Part shown: positions 50,810-64,000 of the stretch, in pieces
Position numbering within the stretch: position 1 is the first letter of the stretch
Layout: every line of letters starts with the position of its first letter
NCBI GenBank assembly: GCA_020536535.1
Contig: JAHLWZ010000664.1
Span: forward strand, 7,801-71,800
Direction: 5' to 3'
Origin: Pelomyxa schiedti
Lineage: Eukaryota > Protista > Evosea
Length of the DNA stretch: 64,000 nucleotides
Program-made: the position numbers and the translations under genes
Notes under the pieces: generated by a model
What the model saw: the letters and a program-made list of their open reading frames with translations, nothing else
Told to the model about the DNA's origin: nothing
The model's database searches: none

Positions 50810-52033
50810 ATGAGGCCTTCGTTTGTGTCTTTGAGGGCGCTGCACCCCACAATTGAGTCCCGCGACCAATTCATTGCGCTGGCTGCAGCCGTCGTCGTGG
50901 AGCGGTGCGGCGCAGGCAGCCCAGCGCGGTGCCTGCCGCCCCCCGTCCTCCGGGACATCGGCTCGCTTGTCGTCGATACGGCGGTGATGGTGGCGACGCT
51001 GCTGCCTGGGTGGCGCGTCGGGTGGAAGTACGACCTCGACGTCATCGTGCCCACCGTCGCCCTCAGCGCCACGCTCGGCGCGTCGCCTCCCATAAACAGG
51101 ACAGTGGCGCCGGGGCCGCCGTACGGGTGGGCCGCCGCCGTAGGCTCGGTGCCCGCGCCCATAACGTGGAGCACATTGTGGGAGGGTGTGGACGGTCCCT
51201 GGCACCCAATCACTAAGATAGCGTGGCACACTGCAATCGACATCAACCGGGATTGGGTGGTTGTGTTCCTGCGTGGCGGCTTTTGCTTGTGGAAGGTCCT
51301 CAGGGGTCCTTCAACAACAGTGGCTCGAGTTCATAAGCCACCTGTGAGAATCCCGGCGTTTGGCCAGTCATACTTTCCGGCTCCAAGGACACTGCAGTTC
51401 GCACCTACGTCCCTCATCAGAGGACAACAGTGCTCGTCAGTGCCTGGTGGGGGTTCTGTTGTTGCCTTTGTTATTCAGGGGCACAACCAGAAGTGGTCAC
51501 TGGTCTACATCGACGTGGCTACCAGTTTTGCGGAGGCGAAACTCAGAATCCTGGACAATGTTGACCTTGGTGTTCAGAGAGGATACACCCTGCTCAATGG
51601 GATTCTGTGGAACTCAGCCTTTACTGGCGAGAAGAGAGCTGTTTACCTTCTGGTCCGGGAAGATAGGACAGGCACACACTGGCTGTTCTCTGTGAGCGGT
51701 GAGGAATACATCCAGATTCCAGACTCCAAGGCAGTTGGATGTGTTGGTTGTGGTGGTGACGGCGACGATGGGTCACTGTTCTACTGTGTGCCTGTGTCTG
51801 ATCCTGGCCGTTGTGATGTGTACAGTATTGACAGATTGTCAGTTCCTCGTTGCACATTTGCTGACTTTGGTGTAATCAGTGAGGTGCAGGGTGGTGGCAA
51901 CCTGCTGATGATAATTACCAGTGATTCTATATCCCTTGTTGACACTGTCACTGGTTTTCTTCTGTATCACGTGGCAGGAGAGGAAAGAACCATGTTCAAA
52001 GACGGAACTACCTTTCAGGTGAACACGGTGTGA
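50810..52033 (+). CDS. Intronless hypothetical protein, RDQF family member 6 (tandem paralog of member 5)
   Basis: SRDQFIALAAAVVVERCGAGSPARCLPPPVLRDIG; colinear with 49476-50747. Confidence 0.87.
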   Translation: MRPSFVSLRALHPTIESRDQFIALAAAVVVERCGAGSPARCLPPPVLRDIGSLVVDTAVMVATLLPGWRVGWKYDLDVIVPTVALSATLGASPPINRTVAPGPPYGWAAAVGSVPAPITWSTLWEGVDGPWHPITKIAWHTAIDINRDWVVVFLRGGFCLWKVLRGPSTTVARVHKPPVRIPAFGQSYFPAPRTLQFAPTSLIRGQQCSSVPGGGSVVAFVIQGHNQKWSLVYIDVATSFAEAKLRILDNVDLGVQRGYTLLNGILWNSAFTGEKRAVYLLVREDRTGTHWLFSVSGEEYIQIPDSKAVGCVGCGGDGDDGSLFYCVPVSDPGRCDVYSIDRLSVPRCTFADFGVISEVQGGGNLLMIITSDSISLVDTVTGFLLYHVAGEERTMFKDGTTFQVNTV

Positions 52034-52109
52034 ACCCCACAATGAAAAAAATAGTGGGGTTTGATTTTTGATATTCAAAAAACCAAACATTCACCTCCTC
52101 AAAAAATAG

Positions 52110-52181
52110 TGGCCCCGCTCAGAATCGAACTGAGATCAAGAGAGCCAAAATCTCCCATACTAACCATTATACTACGGAGCC
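52110..52181 (-). tRNA. tRNA-Gln(UUG), copy 2
   Basis: Same sequence as 35774-35845. Confidence 0.92.
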
Positions 52182-52283
52182 TCACAACTCTTGCCTCGTG
52201 GAATCGGACTGGTTTGTACAACAGAACAAAAATTCCGAGGAGAAGGAGGATATTGAATGAGACCGGACGTAAATAATTGTTGT

Positions 52284-52365
52284 GCAGGTATGGCCGAGAG
52301 GTCTAAGGCGGCTGATTTAAGCTCAGCTATCGAAAGATGCGTGGGTTCGAACCCCACTGCCTGCA
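52284..52365 (+). tRNA. tRNA-Leu(UAA), copy 2
   Basis: Same sequence as 35948-36029. Confidence 0.95.
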
Positions 52366-52388
52366 TTTTTACTTGTTTTTTTTACCGG

Positions 52389-53475
52389 TTACATTACTGC
52401 ACACTTCTGCTTTTTTGTGGGAGTGTGTGTGCTCCTTACATTTTCGAAGAGTTGGAGAATGGCCCACCGGAGTTGAGGGATGTTTCTGGAAGTCATGGCA
52501 GACACTTCAATGAATGCATCAAATCCATTCTCTTTGGCCATTTGAACACCTTGTTCACGAGTCACTCCTTTGGGTCCCCGGTCTTTCACATCCACTTTAT
52601 TTCCACACAAAATTGTCTGTGGTTCCTGTGCGTAGTATTTCAAAGAAGAATTTCGTACCTTGACTTCGGGAGAAACCTCATTGCGGCGTTCCATCAACCA
52701 GTCCAATTCATCGCTATTCGTTACGTCATATAGTAGTATAACGCAGAGAGCACCACGGTGCCACAGCGTCGACTGTTTTTAATTGAAGTGATTTCTTTCA
52801 GTGAGACAATAACCAACCTGGAATTGACTTAGTCCCCCACTAGAATCTGAGGTAGATTTTTAGTTGAGTTTTTATTAATTACAAATTTATTTCGATGGAC
52901 TGTGATGTGGAGGAACAGGAGTTTCATTAGAAGAAAATTAGGGAAATAAAAATAATATACCCCAAAATTCCATATCAATCGGCCGCGTTTGAAAAGAAGC
53001 AGTCGCACGTGAAATTTGGAACCATAAGGTAGGGGTATATTCCTCAAAGAACCTGCCATTTACGATCCTCTCAATCACGCACGTCTTGCCTGAAAGTGCA
53101 GGGCCAGTGAAGCAAACTTTTACCCTGTCCCACAAAGTGTGGTTCATGTAACCGAAGTATGGTTCTCTTTCTATCCACATTACCCCCGCTGCCTTGAGTT
53201 CCTTGAGCCTCCTAATTAATTTGTAAATTGTATTCATCATTGTCAGCTGAATCCTCAACCAATACAAAAATTTTATCCGCAACGCAGAGAGATTTGACAA
53301 AAACGCACGGGCCAGCGAACGCGTGGAAGACCCTGCTCACACGGTCCACGGCACTCAGTGTGCCCAAGTCCTCCTCGCTAATGTGCCCCACAATGCATTC
53401 TGCGATGCACTCGTCAATTGTGAGCCAACCAACGCCACGTGGACTAGCAACGCAGGCGGGCCTCTGCCTCCTCAT
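52389..53475 (-). CDS. Ras-superfamily small GTPase with N-terminal F-box-like motif and CaaX (copy A)
   Basis: N-terminus LTIDECIAECIVGHISEEDLGTLSAVDRVSRVF; P-loop GPALSGKT; FEEYTPT; GNKVD; EVSAM; C-terminus KKQKCAVM. Confidence 0.8.
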
Positions 53476-53536
53476 GCTCGGAGGGCCCAAGTTCAGATTG
53501 CGAGATGAAAAGGGTTTTCTGGTAATCTGCTGTTTG

Positions 53537-54614
53537 ATGGTTGAGATAGATGCTTCCGTGCCGCTTGGCTGTTGTGGCGGTTGGGTGACGGTTGACGAGT
53601 GCATCGCAGAGTGCATTGTGGGACACGTAAAAGACGACTTTGTGACGTTGAGTGCCCTCGACCGTGTGTGCAAAGTCTTCCATTTGTTCGCTGCGCCGTG
53701 TGTACAAGTCTCTCCCATAATCCCACATGTGTGTTTGTTAGTGGTCATAGGTCATTTTTGTCTGTTTTCTTTGCACAATAGCATTGAAAATGAAAAGGAG
53801 GCTCAAGCAACTCAAACCAAAATCCGACCTTCTGTGGATCACTGAAAGGACCAAAAGGCGTCATGACATCCCACAAGACATCATGCTGGCAGATCGCAGG
53901 ATGAAGGTGTGCGTGTCTGGCCCTGAGCAAGCAGGAAAGACATCCATCATTGAGAGGATTGCAACTGGCAGATTCTTCGAGGAATACACTCCCACAACTG
54001 TGACCAGCTTTCAGAATGCCTCTATTACTTGTTGTGGCACACAAACAGTCAATTTGGAGCTTTGGGGTATACAATACATGCAGCTCTCCTTTGTAATTGA
54101 ACCCTACCAGATTCCAGTGGCTCATTGAGATACATTCGATTTCAGGTATGTTCCCCTGTTTAGCTAAACAGAGAATTCTCAAAAATTGGCAAGAATCCAC
54201 TGTATTACCGAGGTGTTACCTGTGTTCTACTTGTGTATGATGTCACAAACAGCGATGGATTGGTTTTACTACTACAACTCCGGGAGGAGTGCCTTCATCG
54301 TGCCTCGCCGAAAGTGAAGGTTCTTTGGACCCCATCCATGTACAACAAATTGCTCCACAACCTCTAACCTTCAACAGCTTATAATGTGTGGAAATAAATC
54401 AGATGTGAAACACCGGGGGCCCAAAGGAGTGACATACTCGCAAGGAGCACAGCTGGCTAGAGAACAAGGGTTTGACGCGTTCGTTGAAGTGTCAGCCAAA
54501 ACAACTAGGAACCTGCATCAACTCCTTGGTGCCATTGCCCAACTGTGCATGGAAGATGAAAGTGAATACCCCAGAAAAACGAAGACCACCAAGGACCACT
54601 GTTATGTAATGTAA
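53537..54614 (+). CDS. Ras-superfamily small GTPase with N-terminal F-box-like motif and CaaX (copy B)
   Basis: VTVDECIAECIVGHVKDDFVTLSALDRVCKVF; GPEQAGKT; FEEYTPT; LELW/DSSG; YDVT; GNKSD; EVSAK; C-terminus CYVM. Confidence 0.82.
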
Positions 54615-54779
54615 TGGAATGTCAACTAAGGCATTCCTCAGAACCTGGGAAATCTGATGAAGACTATCTTGAATAGTAATTTACAACCTCTCTTAGGCAT
54701 TCACCCGATTTTTGCTGACCAGAGCTAAAAAAAACCTTCGTTTGTGTTCACCGAAGGTGAAAAATGATGAGCAACCTCA

Positions 54780-54990
54780 GGTTTATCGTCATTGTTCTGA
54801 TGTCACAGATAGAGATGGCCTCCGCTTGTTGCTCCACATTCACAATGAAATTCACTGCACACAGGACCATCTGGCAATTATGTGAGGTGATTCACAGTTG
54901 GGTTTTTTTGTAATGAACCTTGACATTGACAGGATGCGTTCATTGAAGTGTCAGCCATCACATCAAGGAAAGCTCCAATGGCACCACACT
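54780..54990 (+). pseudogene. Degraded further copy of the small-GTPase gene
   Basis: Fragments SDVTDRDGL (cf. YDVTNSDGL) and DAFIEVSAITSRK (cf. DAFVEVSAKTTRN), interrupted by stops. Confidence 0.6.
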
Positions 54991-55136
54991 GACCCTGGAA
55001 AAGTTGTCTGGTGCCTCTAGAACTGTTCAGCCATGTAGAAGTAAGAAACACCTTCAATCAGCTGATGTTCAGAACTAGTGCAACGAAATCAAACAACGAT
55101 TTCCGTGAAGACAGTTCGGGAAAAAACGGGGGACGA

Positions 55137-61539
<6,403 letters not shown>

Positions 61540-61565
61540 TTGTAGTTTGGTTTTGAAATTTCTTG

Positions 61566-62521
61566 TTAGTCTTTGACCAGGAGGGCAATTTTCTGCATGC
61601 GGTGTGGTGACTGTATAGAGCACTTGAATCCAGCATCAGTGAAATAGCGCAATTCTTCAGAGAACTTGGCCGCGGGAACGTGGAATGGTGGTTCTACAAC
61701 AAGAACCCTTCCTCCCTTGACAAGCTGATCGTGGAGTATCAAAGCAACCTCCTTCTGGTCTGCATTTGTGTGAGTAGAGTTATCAGATAGAGACCAGTCT
61801 ATGGGCTTGGCTGGTGTAGGTACATACAATTTGGTGGAAGCTCGTGGAGAACCCAGTTGAAGACTACGAGGTTCACGGAGTTATTTGGAATTGTCTGGAG
61901 TGCCATGGGAGTGCCGGCATGAGAGCTGTTTGTGCTCTTTGTCACAACAACATCAGAATGACCCTCCTGTGCAGCGCGGTTTCTTGTGTAATCCAGCATT
62001 TTGTCCTGTGTGTGCAATGTGAACAATAACAAAATGTTTTACATAGTAGTTCGGCACACACTACACACACAAAACACCCACATTTTAAAAACACAACCGG
62101 TAAGGAACCTGTAAATCCACGGCATAAACGCGGCCTGATTTTCCCACAATTCGGGCAAATAGCATCGACAGCATACCGTGACCACATCCAAAGTCCATGA
62201 CCACGTCGCCGGATGAGGCGTAGCCTCTCACAATCCCCTCACTATCCGTAAGCCACCTCCTCACCCTGTTGTCAATCACATACCTGTCGCAAAACAACAT
62301 TATGTCAGTTTCCCATTTGTTGGAGCCAATTGAAAAGCAGTCAATCTTTACTGGGTCGAACGAACGAACGACAAACAAACAAACAAACAAACAAACAAAC
62401 AAACAGACCCCAGCCAAGGGGGGCACGCGTGCTCGTAACCGTGGCTGGCGTGGTGCCTCCTCACCATCATCACGATTGCCCCAACAACACAGACCCCAAC
62501 CACCAGACACACAAGCCCCAT
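61566..62521 (-). CDS. Class I SAM-dependent methyltransferase with N-terminal hydrophobic segment
   Basis: HACPPWLG; VMDFGCGHG; GRVYAVDLQ/DKML; WVLHE; KGGRVLVVEP. Confidence 0.85.
62372..62404. repeat. (AAAC)n microsatellite in a methyltransferase intron
   Basis: About 8 AAAC units. Confidence 0.9.
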
Positions 62522-62707
62522 CGTTTTTTTTTTTTGTTCGACTCCGATCACCATACAGACTCTTCTCTTGGTAAAGCTGCTTCCACAGGTGCGCCACCCA
62601 ACCCGAACGTGAATGTCCTGTCCACTCTGAGTTGGCTGAGTGGACACCACGGATCTGTTAGGGTTGGAATTTTCGCTTTCCGGATCTGCTAACAAAAAGA
62701 CGAAAAA

Positions 62708-63195
62708 ATGAGCCAAGGGCGCGGGCGCGGGACGTTACCGGCGGGGGCGCTTGGCCCCGCTGCGGGCGCGGGCACGGGCACGGGCACGGGCATCAACACG
62801 AGGCTGACGGAGGACGGGGAGAGCGCGGACCCGAGGGTGGCGGAGATAGGCAGGCTGGCGCGGCGGTGCATGGAGGGCACCGACATGGGCGGCGACGTGC
62901 TCGAGGCGACCACCGACCTCAGGAGGCTGCTCTCTACAGGTCTGGTCTGCGTGTGTGCTTTGCTTTTTGTTTTTTGTGTCGTGTCTGGTGGGTGCCGCGG
63001 GATTGTGGGATGCCGTTTCGCTTGACCCTGTGTGGTGGTTGTGGTTTTGAGAACGAAATCTGACTTGGGTTTGTTAACAATACAAACTAGAGACCAACCC
63101 ACCAATAAGGATCGTAGTGAATAGTGGTGTGATTCCTCGTCTGGTGCAGTTCATCGGAATGGTGTGGTTTTTTCCTTTCTTAATCCAATGTGACA
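62708..63195 (+). CDS. Importin-alpha/ARM-repeat protein, 5' part (truncated at an N gap)
   Basis: LEATTDLRRLLST/ETNPPIRIVVNSGVIPRLVQFI matches importin-alpha ARM1-2. Confidence 0.75.
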
Positions 63196-63295
63196 NNNNN
63201 NNNNNNNNNNNNNNNNNNNNNNNNNNNNNNNNNNNNNNNNNNNNNNNNNNNNNNNNNNNNNNNNNNNNNNNNNNNNNNNNNNNNNNNNNNNNNNN

Positions 63296-63854
63296 GAGTG
63301 TCTGCCTCAACAGCGTTGCCGAGTCGACCAGCGGGACACCAGTAACCATCACCACTAAGCGCTTTAGAAGGGTATGTCCCAACTGGAATCCCCTCGCTTC
63401 TCACGTTTAATTTTGCTTGTTTGTAACTTACACTCACACAAAAGGGTGACAAGATGATCACAACATTGAGCCTGACCAAGGCCGGTAAGACTGTGTCTGC
63501 TGAGAGGATTTTCCACAAACTACCCTAAACAGGCCCACCCCCCAACAAACAATCAACAACCCTTTCCCAGTCTCATTTTTTGTATTTCTTTATTTCTCAT
63601 AATTTTCCGATGGCCCACGAGCTCGAAAACAGGAAATTTCCCCTTTCTCGTGGGTCAAGTTGAAACGAAAGCTGGAAAGAAACAACGAAAAAAAAACAAT
63701 CAAGGTGTGGTGGTAAACCAAGACCCACAATACTACTCAACCAACCCTACGTTACATCACAGCGAGGCCGTTGTTCCAAATGGGTGACAGCAACAACAAC
63801 ACCCTAATCAACCCGTACACTCTGCAACCAATAGCACCACCAACACACACCCAA

Positions 63855-63894
<40 letters not shown>

Positions 63895-64000
63895 CGCCGC
63901 GTCCCACAATCACAGCCGTCACTGCCGCGCCCGCTGTCACGTCGTCGCCCTACTGCATCACTGTCACCGCCGCCGACGGAAACACAAAGGACTTGGGGCG
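63296..64000 (+). repeat. Near-identical copy of 113-796 (FABP-like end and CLU gene start)
   Basis: Colinear, with a few SNPs/indels and an expanded CAACAG tract; begins directly after an N gap. Confidence 0.95.

Larger units (their letters stand above)
52068..52365. repeat. 298-bp tRNA-Gln/tRNA-Leu cassette, duplicate of 35732-36029
   Basis: Identical by eye, including the spacer; constant offset of 16,336 bp. Confidence 0.95.

Overview
Compact, intron-rich eukaryotic (protist) scaffold in the standard genetic code, with mostly 35-60 bp GT-AG introns, very short intergenic regions and four 100-N gaps. Gene content and style suggest an amoebozoan, possibly an anaerobic archamoeba such as Pelomyxa (inference only). 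About 28 protein genes are present: a FABP-like 3' end, a CLU-domain/LRR/Ham1-ITPase fusion, cathepsin Z, a giant alpha-actinin-like protein with a triplicated rod, a divergent actin, an ELO elongase, a sirtuin-Kelch fusion, PA28, phosphoketolase, RhoGAP, PH-TNFAIP8, NOP53-like, NOSIP, a cAR-like GPCR, a class-3 lipase, two head-to-head F-box-like/small-GTPase-CaaX genes, an ABCC transporter, a SAM methyltransferase and an importin-alpha start. There are five tRNA genes, including a duplicated Gln/Leu cassette. Six members of a divergent family share an N-terminal 'RDQF..RCG..SP..L' motif and a predicted beta-rich body. The last 0.7 kb repeats the first 0.8 kb. The best novelty candidates are the RDQF family, the F-box-GTPase pair and several unusual domain fusions. 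Exon boundaries were read by eye and are approximate.
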